From a virus (taxonomy: Duplodnaviria; Heunggongvirae; Uroviricota; Caudoviricetes): DNA of 5,562 nt. Positions within the stretch are counted from its first letter, which is position 1, and the number at the start of each line of letters is the position of its first letter. Shown in pieces: positions 1 through 5,562 of the stretch. A program made the translations under genes and the position numbers. The notes beneath the pieces were generated by a model. The model worked only from the letters and a program-made list of their open reading frames with translations, had not been told where the DNA came from and did no database searches. The stretch is taken from IMG/VR virus record IMGVR_UViG_3300028981_000030, one strand, 5' to 3'.

Positions 1-101
1 GCTATCGCCCCGTAAGCCCAGTTCCCGGTAAAAAGACCAATCAGTAGCTGCGCAGCCACAGCACAAAGCGCATGAAGGAAAGGTGTTATATCCATTTTCA
101 T
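1..101 (-). CDS. possible 5' end of a hypothetical protein with hydrophobic N-terminus (partial, continues beyond window start)
   Basis: Hand translation of the minus strand from ATG at 101..99 (second ATG at 95..93) gives MKMDITPFLHALCAVAAQLLIGLFTGNWAYGAI with no stop before the window edge. A purine-rich AGGA lies just upstream of the second ATG, and the start sits directly after the putative terminator at 117..131. Only about 33 codons are visible, so a chance ORF is not excluded. It is too short to appear in the ORF track. Confidence 0.25.
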   Translation of the reverse strand, partial: MKMDITPFLHALCAVAAQLLIGLFTGNWAYGAI

Positions 102-105
102 CCTA

Positions 106-134
106 CCCAATAAAACGGGGCGCTCGGCCCCTTA
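106..134 (-). terminator. putative rho-independent terminator downstream of the 346-aa fibre-like gene
   Basis: Perfectly complementary arms ggggc (117..121) and gcccc (127..131) with a 5-nt loop. On the minus-strand transcript the stem is followed by GUUUUAUU, and it lies 6 nt after the TAA stop at 138..140. The stem is short (5 bp, all G-C), hence moderate confidence. Confidence 0.45.
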
Positions 135-137
135 ATA

Positions 138-1178
138 TTATTTAGACGCAAGCGCCGCATCAATTGCAGATAATCTTTGTCTTAATTCTGCGTTTTCTTC
201 TTCCAGTGCTGTTATTCTGTCGTCTGACTCTCTGGCTACCTGAACAAGCAAGCCAGTAACACCAGAATAATCTACTGTGTAATAACGTTCACCTTCTTCA
301 CCTTCCGATCCGCTCGCACCGTCCTGATATTTCATTGCGGAACCTACAACTTCTGGGATTGCTTCCAGAGCTTCCTGTGCAATGACACCAGCATAGGGCA
401 TACCGTTTTCTTTAAGCGTGTATGTATAGCCGTTCATTTTACGGATGCGGTCGGTTGCATTATCGATCACCTGAATGTTGTCTTTCAGATCCCGGTCGGA
501 ATGCTGGTTAAATGCGGTGGCATGACATGCACCATTAACGCTTAACATATAGGTGTTATCGGTATTTTTCTGCGCATAGAACATATAAGCGCCACCATCA
601 ACACCGACTTCATAAACAACAGGACGGCTGGAGTTGCCCCACAATTGAGCAGTAACACCAGCATAAGCGGTTCCCTGTGTGTTTAATGTCATGGTTGACC
701 CATGATTGGCATATTTGATCTGTAATGTGTCGGTGTAATCAAATTTAATAAGCGCGTTACTTCCACGCTTGCTGTATGACATAAGGCAGTTACCCATTTT
801 GAGGTATCCGCTGTCACCGGGAAAAATCATCGTACCGCCATAAAGGTTGGTAAAGTCCCAGCAAATGTTTGTCCCGTTATCGTTCAGGTTAAGGCGCGCC
901 ATTGCGTTACCTGGACTGTCTATCCATTTTTTGAGGTATAGTTCGCAATACGCATCCTCAACACCTGCCGTCCTGTGAGTTGAGCGGAGTTTTCTCCCAA
1001 ATATAGCTCCGCTAGTTGGCAATACCTGCTGATACCATGAAGCAGACCAGTCACCAACGATTTCATCTTTGCTGTCTACATATAATTTTGTTGCGTAGCT
1101 TCCTTGATCGTTTTTTAATTTGCTAACGTCGGATTTTAGCGTTTTGATGTCATCAGGAATTACTGTCGATGTAGCCAT
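138..1178 (-). CDS. tail fibre / receptor-binding-like protein with C-terminal intramolecular chaperone auto-processing domain (peptidase S74-like)
   Basis: 346-aa ORF with ATG at 1178..1176 and a GAGGGAGA Shine-Dalgarno about 4 nt upstream. The motif HSDRDLKDNI at residues 226-235 has Ser227 (codon 498..500) and Lys232 (codon 483..485) spaced exactly as the catalytic Ser/Lys dyad of the C-terminal intramolecular chaperone domains of endosialidases and phage T5 L-shaped fibre. The C-terminal helix DDRITALEEENAELRQRLSAIDAALASK is typical of that domain. The N-terminal ~225 residues are beta-rich and G/N/T/Y-rich, like fibre tips. Confidence 0.75.
   Translation of the reverse strand: MATSTVIPDDIKTLKSDVSKLKNDQGSYATKLYVDSKDEIVGDWSASWYQQVLPTSGAIFGRKLRSTHRTAGVEDAYCELYLKKWIDSPGNAMARLNLNDNGTNICWDFTNLYGGTMIFPGDSGYLKMGNCLMSYSKRGSNALIKFDYTDTLQIKYANHGSTMTLNTQGTAYAGVTAQLWGNSSRPVVYEVGVDGGAYMFYAQKNTDNTYMLSVNGACHATAFNQHSDRDLKDNIQVIDNATDRIRKMNGYTYTLKENGMPYAGVIAQEALEAIPEVVGSAMKYQDGASGSEGEEGERYYTVDYSGVTGLLVQVARESDDRITALEEENAELRQRLSAIDAALASK
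141..506 (-). other. intramolecular chaperone / self-cleavage domain (S74-like) within the 346-aa protein
   Basis: Residues ~225-346: the SDRDLK motif followed by a predicted coiled-coil C-terminal helix. Domain boundaries are approximate. Confidence 0.6.
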
Positions 1179-1181
1179 TTG

Positions 1182-1190
1182 TCTCCCTCA
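1182..1190 (-). promoter_or_regulatory. Shine-Dalgarno for the 346-aa gene, overlapping the stop of the 93-aa ORF
   Basis: The minus-strand sequence reads GGATGTGAGGGAGACAA-ATG. The TGA stop of the upstream ORF is embedded in the ribosome-binding site, and the intergenic gap is only 9 nt, suggesting coupled expression. Confidence 0.5.
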
Positions 1191-1469
1191 CATCCAGCCA
1201 CGAAGTTGATGTTCAACTACAACCGCGTATTCATCGAATATTGACGATTTTTTTGCATCATTAATGATGCGCACGTTTACAAAATATCCGTTTTCCTTAA
1301 TACATATCGGTTCGCCATCTTCAGTCAGTTCTCCGGTTTCTTTGTACACGTTACCTATCACGTCAATAAGAATATCATCCTGCATCGACTCGTCATCATA
1401 ATAGCCAGCACTCCCCATAAAGGCCGAAAATTCGGCCCTGTCGGCAAATTTGAGTGTTAAATCTTTCAT
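1188..1469 (-). CDS. small acidic hypothetical protein (93 aa), translationally coupled to stf; candidate fibre-associated chaperone or adaptor
   Basis: ORF from the track. Its ATG (1469..1467) overlaps the stf TAA stop (1471..1469) by one base (TAATG), and a GGGGGAG Shine-Dalgarno lies about 8 nt upstream inside the stf 3' end. The protein is rich in D/E. I recognise no similarity to lambda Tfa. Its position between two fibre genes is the only functional hint. Confidence 0.55.
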   Translation of the reverse strand: MKDLTLKFADRAEFSAFMGSAGYYDDESMQDDILIDVIGNVYKETGELTEDGEPICIKENGYFVNVRIINDAKKSSIFDEYAVVVEHQLRGWM

Positions 1470-3841
1470 TAGATTGACTCCCCCACCTGAGCATCAGTCA
1501 ATGCCTTGTGCCATATTCTGAAATTCCTGACATGACCAAATAAATGACGTAACCCGGCTGTAGTCTGGCCTCCAATACGGATAATTGCGGTGTTCTGAAT
1601 ACAGGACCATGTGGTTTTTGTTTCGCTGGATATACGCCCGTTACTTACTGAGCACGTAGACTGATCTGACTTTACACGCATCCCCATAACCATTTTTTCA
1701 AGCAATGCGTTTTCATTTACCCGTCTGTTAGCTCCTCCAATATCGCAATAAGGAAATCCGTCGTAATCTGCTGAAGAACCGAAGCCAAGAATAATAGCCG
1801 CTCCGGTTTGATGACCGCCGGTGTCAAAAACACGCGGCGCTGCATTTGGCGTTTTATACCAGTTCTTATGTACCTCACAAAGAACCGTAAAAGGAAGATT
1901 ATAAAGATTATTCTTAATGGGAACTGTAACTATATCGCTTGCGCGGGTCGCCGCCGTCGTTCCTGATATAATAAAAGATGATACACAAGGCCCATTTTCT
2001 ACTTGTGGGGTGGCCAGATAAATATAGTCACCAGATACGGTTACCCCGCCCTGCTTAGGAGAATACTGTATCTGAGAACCTATTTTTAACTCCCCATCAA
2101 TTGCCTGAATTGTTGCCTCTGCAAAAATCCATCCGGTAGCTTCGTCCTTTCTGACTCTCGCTGTAATCCTTGAGGCAGCGCCGCCTGTCATATTAATTTC
2201 AAGCGTTTGTGTATCAATATACGCATCACCAAGAAAAGTTGTTGCGCTACCGTCATATTTATCAAACCGGATACGCAACCTTACCTGCAGTTCTGTTTTA
2301 AAACGACATGAGGTTGTCACGTATTTATTATCGCCTGAGACATCAACTGACTTTGTTGCAGCAATTGATGCCATATTAATGGCTGAGGTTTGCCCAATCA
2401 GAGAATCGTTACAGACAAACTTTCCATAGGTAAAACCAAAACTATCCTTCCCGGTTTCGGGAACATCCATATTTGACGATCGCCCCCAACTGGCAGGGTT
2501 TTCCGAATTGAGCATGTAGTTTGTTCTTTGCCCCTCAATAAGCAGGCCATCACGTTCAAATCGTGGCTCGTCAATGGCAGCCTCTGTCAGCACACCAGAT
2601 TTGTTAATATAGGTTGCTTTCGATGCACGTTTAAACTTAACAATCTTGTCGCCAGGCATCGTTATTTCATCGTCACCAATAACAATTTTTTTATATGATG
2701 GCGAAAAGCCCGTAATCATATCCAGCGAATCGTTAAATGGTATCCACACATCAGGCAGCGGCTGTAAGACATATTTATACGGCTCCGCAGCCTGGCTTGC
2801 GTACTCTCTGGCTGCATCTTCGCTTGCTTTAGCTGCCGTCTGGCTTGCTGCCGATGCTTTCGCTGAGTTCGCAGCCGCTGTTTCGCTCACCTTTGCGTTG
2901 GTTTCACTGGTTTTTGCTGCTTTTTGACTGTTAGCTGATGCAGTGGCAGAAGCAGCCGCCGCGCTTGCAGAACTGGCTGCGGCACTCTCGCTTTGGGCCG
3001 CTGCATCCTGACTGCTTTTCGCCGCAGTTTCACTGGCTTTGGCATTCGTTTCGCTGGTCTTCGCTGCCGTCTGGCTGGACTTTGCGTTAGTTTCACTCGT
3101 CTTCGCAGCTTTCTGGCTGTTAGCCGCAGCAGTTGCTGATCCAGCTGCTGAAGTCGCAGAACCGGCTGCCGCGCTCTCGCTTTGGGCTGCTGCAACCTGG
3201 CTGTTTTTTGCCGCAGTTTCACTGGCTTTGGCATTCGTTTCGCTGGTTTTCGCTGCCGTCTGGCTGGACTTTGCGTTGGTTTCGCTCGTCTTTGCGGCTG
3301 TCTCGCTATTTTTCGCGTTGGTTTCTGATTTTTTGGCTGCTGTCGCGGAGTTTGCCGATGCAGTCTTTGAGGTCGCTGCCGCCTGTGCACTATTAGCTGC
3401 ATTCGTTTCTGAGGTTTTCGCCGCGTTCTTCGATGATGCCGCTGCAGTTTCGGATTTCTTTGCCGCCGCTGCGCTCTGAGAGGCGGCTTCAGCGTTGCGT
3501 GCCGCTTCTTCCACCATTTCCTCAAAACGACGCAATGCCTCCGGCATGACATCATCTTCCGTCATGGCACCGAGAAAATCATTCAGCGTACCTGGTCTGG
3601 AACCTTCATAGACGGTAATGGTCCCGGCATGTGAAGGCGGAAAACCTTCAACAAGCAGGATAACGCTGTACTGGCCATACTCAACATCCATGCTGTAACG
3701 CCCGGCTTCATCCGGATTTTCAGAGGCCACCGTGTTCACCAGTACCGTGGTGCTGTTACGCTTTGCCTTCAGTTGAATAGTGCAGTTCTGTATTGGTTTT
3801 CCCGCACCATCTTTCAGCACACCTGAAATCTGTACTGCCAT
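1469..3841 (-). CDS. stf: side tail fibre protein (Stf-like), mosaic: lambda-Stf-like N-terminus, Ala/Ser heptad shaft, C-terminal region ending in a LamG/concanavalin-like signature
   Basis: The N-terminus MAVQISGVLKDGAGKPIQNCTIQLKAKRNSTTV...YSMDVEYGQYSVIL...FPPSHAGTITVYE closely matches my recollection of the lambda Stf N-terminal virion-attachment region. The preferred start is ATG 3841..3839, with GGAG 5 nt upstream; the ORF track begins at GTG 3847. Residues ~113-354 form an Ala/Ser/Thr/Lys-rich 7-residue repeat. The C-terminus ...GLRHLFGHVRNFRIWHKALTDAQVGESI fits the characteristic end motif of LamG_3-type jelly-roll lectin domains (G-x-[IV]-x-x-[VF]-R-I-[WY]-x-x-A-L-[ST]-x-x-[EQ]-[IV]). 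Confidence 0.85.
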   Translation of the reverse strand: MAVQISGVLKDGAGKPIQNCTIQLKAKRNSTTVLVNTVASENPDEAGRYSMDVEYGQYSVILLVEGFPPSHAGTITVYEGSRPGTLNDFLGAMTEDDVMPEALRRFEEMVEEAARNAEAASQSAAAAKKSETAAASSKNAAKTSETNAANSAQAAATSKTASANSATAAKKSETNAKNSETAAKTSETNAKSSQTAAKTSETNAKASETAAKNSQVAAAQSESAAAGSATSAAGSATAAANSQKAAKTSETNAKSSQTAAKTSETNAKASETAAKSSQDAAAQSESAAASSASAAAASATASANSQKAAKTSETNAKVSETAAANSAKASAASQTAAKASEDAAREYASQAAEPYKYVLQPLPDVWIPFNDSLDMITGFSPSYKKIVIGDDEITMPGDKIVKFKRASKATYINKSGVLTEAAIDEPRFERDGLLIEGQRTNYMLNSENPASWGRSSNMDVPETGKDSFGFTYGKFVCNDSLIGQTSAINMASIAATKSVDVSGDNKYVTTSCRFKTELQVRLRIRFDKYDGSATTFLGDAYIDTQTLEINMTGGAASRITARVRKDEATGWIFAEATIQAIDGELKIGSQIQYSPKQGGVTVSGDYIYLATPQVENGPCVSSFIISGTTAATRASDIVTVPIKNNLYNLPFTVLCEVHKNWYKTPNAAPRVFDTGGHQTGAAIILGFGSSADYDGFPYCDIGGANRRVNENALLEKMVMGMRVKSDQSTCSVSNGRISSETKTTWSCIQNTAIIRIGGQTTAGLRHLFGHVRNFRIWHKALTDAQVGESI
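1472..2050 (-). other. putative LamG/concanavalin A-like lectin domain at the Stf distal end (boundaries approximate)
   Basis: The terminal motif GHVRNFRIWHKALTDAQV resembles the conserved C-terminal strand of LamG-like domains. The N-terminal boundary is a guess from typical domain size (~150-200 aa). Confidence 0.45.
2786..3511 (-). repeat. 21-nt (heptad) periodic Ala/Ser-rich coding repeat array in the stf shaft
   Basis: The DNA shows recurring gcttt/gcagc/ttcgct units. The protein reads as consecutive heptads (AAKTSET NAKSSQT AAKTSET NAKASET ...) with Ala at positions 1-2 and Ser at position 5. Lambda Stf has a similar low-complexity shaft. Confidence 0.8.
2921..3298 (-). repeat. direct tandem duplication, 2 x 189 bp (2 x 63 codons), inside the stf shaft
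   Basis: Protein residues 184-246 and 247-309 are near-identical 63-aa blocks (AAKTSETNAKSSQTAAKTSETNAKASETAAK[N/S]SQ[V/D]AAAQSESAAA...ANSQK). At DNA level, ctctcgctttgggc[c/t]gctgca...gcagtttcactggctttggcattcgtttcgctgg recurs at ~2986 and ~3175, an offset of 189 nt. A third partial copy follows toward lower coordinates. Confidence 0.85.
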
Positions 3842-3851
3842 ACTCACTCCA

Positions 3852-3880
3852 CAAATAAAAAAGGCGCCATTTCTGGCGCC
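3852..3880 (-). terminator. rho-independent terminator between J and stf (minus strand)
   Basis: Perfect 7-bp stem ggcgcca (3863..3869) / tggcgcc (3874..3880) with loop tttc. On the minus-strand transcript the stem is followed by UUUUUUAUUU (complement of the A-run at 3853..3862). It lies about 20 nt downstream of the J stop at 3902..3904. A terminator distal to J is my recollection for lambda. Confidence 0.7.
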
Positions 3881-3901
3881 CGTATTGGGGTTATAAATAT
3901 T

Positions 3902-5562
3902 TCAACGGATACTGATACCGGAAGCGGCTTTTTTGGTCACAATCACCGTACAGTCGGTGATATTGCCTGCCCCCTGATTGCCTTTCTGGAAAACCTTAAA
4001 CTCCAGAGTGACGCTACCACCACCACTAGGCATATCAATAACTGCACTGTAACTACCGGGAATGGCCCCTTTAGTTTCTCTGGATGCGATTAATACGCCG
4101 TTTTTGCGAACTTCAAAACCATAACCCGTGTATCGCGTGCCTCCTGGGTTATTTCCGCTCCCCGGATCGTCATACGCTATACCGTTAAAAATAATGGGCG
4201 GAATAATAATCTGGCGGTCAAAGTTATGATCATCGCTGATGGTGACTGTAACCGTACCGTTTGGTGTTTCCGTGTTACCCCACGTACCGACTTTTTTCGG
4301 GAAGGCTTTTGATACAGCTTTAACGAAATCCCCTCTGACCTGGGTCGCCTCCAGCATGCCCTTAATCGTACAGTTCTGGTTAATCGTGACATTGTTGAGC
4401 GTTCCTGAGTTCGCATTCACACTACCACTGATATCCGCATTTTTAGCGGTCAGCTTTCCGTCTGATGTCAGGGAAAATACCGGAGGACTGCCACCGCTGG
4501 TAATGGTGGGGGCTGTCAGGCGCTTCAGGAACACGTCGTTCATGAATATCTGGTTGCCCTGCGCCACAAACATCGGCGTTTCATTCCCGTTTGCCGGGTC
4601 AATAAACGCGATACGGTTAGCGGCAACCAGAAACTGGCTCAGCTTGCCTTCCTCCGTGTCCTCCATGCTGAGACCAATACCCGCGACATAATGTTTGCCG
4701 TCTTTGGTCTGCTCAATTTTGACGCCCCACATGGCATTCCATTTATCGTTAGCGTCCTTCCACTCTTTCGAAAACTCATCCAGTCTGCTGGCGTTATCCT
4801 CCGTCAGATCGACTTTTTCCAGCAGCTCCTTGCCGAGATGAGATTCGGTTATCTTGCCTTTGAAAAAATCCAGATAACCTTCCGCATCATCGCTCGCCCG
4901 ACCGACGGCCTCCACGAATGCCGATTTGCCAACGGTGTTCACACTGCGGATATAAAAGTAATAATCATGGCCCGGTTTGATATTGATACTGGCGGCTATC
5001 CAGTACAGCGCCGTACCAAGATAGCGGGCTGTGGTTTCAACCTGCCTGATATCGGTAATCCGCTTTTCCGAGAACCAGAACTCAAACTGTACCGTCGGGT
5101 CATAAACGGCAAGATGCGGCGTGGCGGTTATCTGAAAATAGCCCGGCGTCAGCTCAATCCGCGACGGCGCTGCCGGTGCGGCGATCCGGAACGATACCGA
5201 TGCAGGATCGCCCTGCTGTCCCCATGCATTTACCGCCCGGACTGTCAGCCTGTAATTTCCCAGCGCCAGCTGCCTGAAGCGGTATGTGGTTTCCGTCGTC
5301 CGGGCCGTGATGACCAGCCGCTCACTGCCGTCATCCGCTGTTACGGTCAGACGGAGCAGGAAGCTCACGCCCTTCACCACCTTCGGCGTGTCCCATCGCG
5401 CCAGCACCTGATATTCCCCGCTGTCTGCGGTGACTTCGGCGGTCAGGTGCTGCACCGCTGGCGGCGTGACACCATTCACCGTGCCGCTCTGGTCGCCGTC
5501 AAAGTGCGCCCCGTTATCCACGATGGCTTCTTTTTCCGGTACATGCTGCACGGCGGTGATGG
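3902..5562 (-). CDS. J: host specificity / tail tip protein J-like, C-terminal portion (5' end lies beyond the window)
   Basis: The frame is open to the window edge (...[11 protein letters not shown]...). The segments [22 protein letters not shown] and TAPTITSGG and the overall layout match my recollection of lambda-family J proteins, including fibronectin-III-like repeats. The last ~150 residues are Gly-rich and would correspond to the receptor-binding region. The TGA stop is at 3904..3902. Confidence 0.85.
   Translation of the reverse strand, partial: ITAVQHVPEKEAIVDNGAHFDGDQSGTVNGVTPPAVQHLTAEVTADSGEYQVLARWDTPKVVKGVSFLLRLTVTADDGSERLVITARTTETTYRFRQLALGNYRLTVRAVNAWGQQGDPASVSFRIAAPAAPSRIELTPGYFQITATPHLAVYDPTVQFEFWFSEKRITDIRQVETTARYLGTALYWIAASINIKPGHDYYFYIRSVNTVGKSAFVEAVGRASDDAEGYLDFFKGKITESHLGKELLEKVDLTEDNASRLDEFSKEWKDANDKWNAMWGVKIEQTKDGKHYVAGIGLSMEDTEEGKLSQFLVAANRIAFIDPANGNETPMFVAQGNQIFMNDVFLKRLTAPTITSGGSPPVFSLTSDGKLTAKNADISGSVNANSGTLNNVTINQNCTIKGMLEATQVRGDFVKAVSKAFPKKVGTWGNTETPNGTVTVTISDDHNFDRQIIIPPIIFNGIAYDDPGSGNNPGGTRYTGYGFEVRKNGVLIASRETKGAIPGSYSAVIDMPSGGGSVTLEFKVFQKGNQGAGNITDCTVIVTKKAASGISIR

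Noticed and set aside
138-1469. Defence or anti-defence cargo such as toxin-antitoxin or abortive infection at the end of the tail locus
   Set aside because: The large protein has a clear fibre-type self-cleaving chaperone signature and both genes are coupled to stf. Nothing nuclease-, kinase- or toxin-like is evident. Only the 93-aa ORF remains functionally open.
2646-3479. Plus-strand ORFs 2646..2927, 3039..3479 and 3133..3396 encoding Ala/Leu/Phe-rich or Arg/Trp-rich peptides
   Set aside because: They lie entirely within the repetitive stf shaft on the opposite strand. GC-rich Ala-codon repeats keep alternative frames open by chance, and the peptides are low-complexity with no start context.
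2786-3511. Regular short repeats that could be mistaken for a CRISPR array
   Set aside because: The repeats are 21-nt coding heptads in frame within stf, and the 189-bp units are contiguous with no unique spacers. No leader or cas context is present.
2887-3555. Minus-strand alternative-frame ORF (222 aa), extremely Arg/Lys/Gln/Pro-rich
   Set aside because: It is an out-of-frame reading of the same stf repeat array. Its periodicity mirrors the 21-nt repeat and it is nested inside a well-supported gene.
1469-3841. Possible diversity-generating retroelement or invertible fibre-tip (Gin/Pin-type) switch
   Set aside because: There is no reverse transcriptase, template repeat, invertase gene, or oppositely oriented alternative fibre C-terminus in the window. 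All fibre genes are co-directional.
3881-3910. TTGAAA hexamer (minus strand) that could be a -35 element for an stf promoter
   Set aside because: No -10-like hexamer follows at 16-18 nt spacing. The candidate overlaps the J stop codon and precedes the terminator, so it is more likely chance.
4177-4691. ORFs 4177..4416 (-) and 4239..4691 (+) inside the J gene
   Set aside because: They are embedded in or antisense to the J reading frame, which has a strong protein-level match. No ribosome-binding site or homology supports them.

Overview
The whole window reads as the distal tail-tip and fibre region of a lambda-like siphovirus prophage, with every supportable gene on the minus strand. From high to low coordinates: the 3' part of a host-specificity J-like gene (3902..5562, runs off the window); a strong minus-strand intrinsic terminator (3852..3880); a mosaic side-tail-fibre (Stf-like) gene (1469..3841) with a lambda-Stf-like N-terminus, a long Ala/Ser heptad shaft carrying a 2 x 189-bp tandem duplication, and a C-terminus ending in a LamG/concanavalin-like signature; a small acidic 93-aa ORF coupled to the stf stop (1188..1469); a 346-aa fibre-like protein with a C-terminal intramolecular-chaperone self-cleaving (peptidase S74-type) domain (138..1178); a second terminator (~106..134); and a possible hydrophobic ORF start leaving the window (1..101). 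No lom-like gene lies between J and stf, and no recognisable tfa chaperone follows stf. The most interesting candidate is the 93-aa + 346-aa pair sitting in the usual tfa position. I see no defence system, RNA gene, CRISPR array or transposase. All homology statements are from memory of these families and need database or structure-prediction confirmation.
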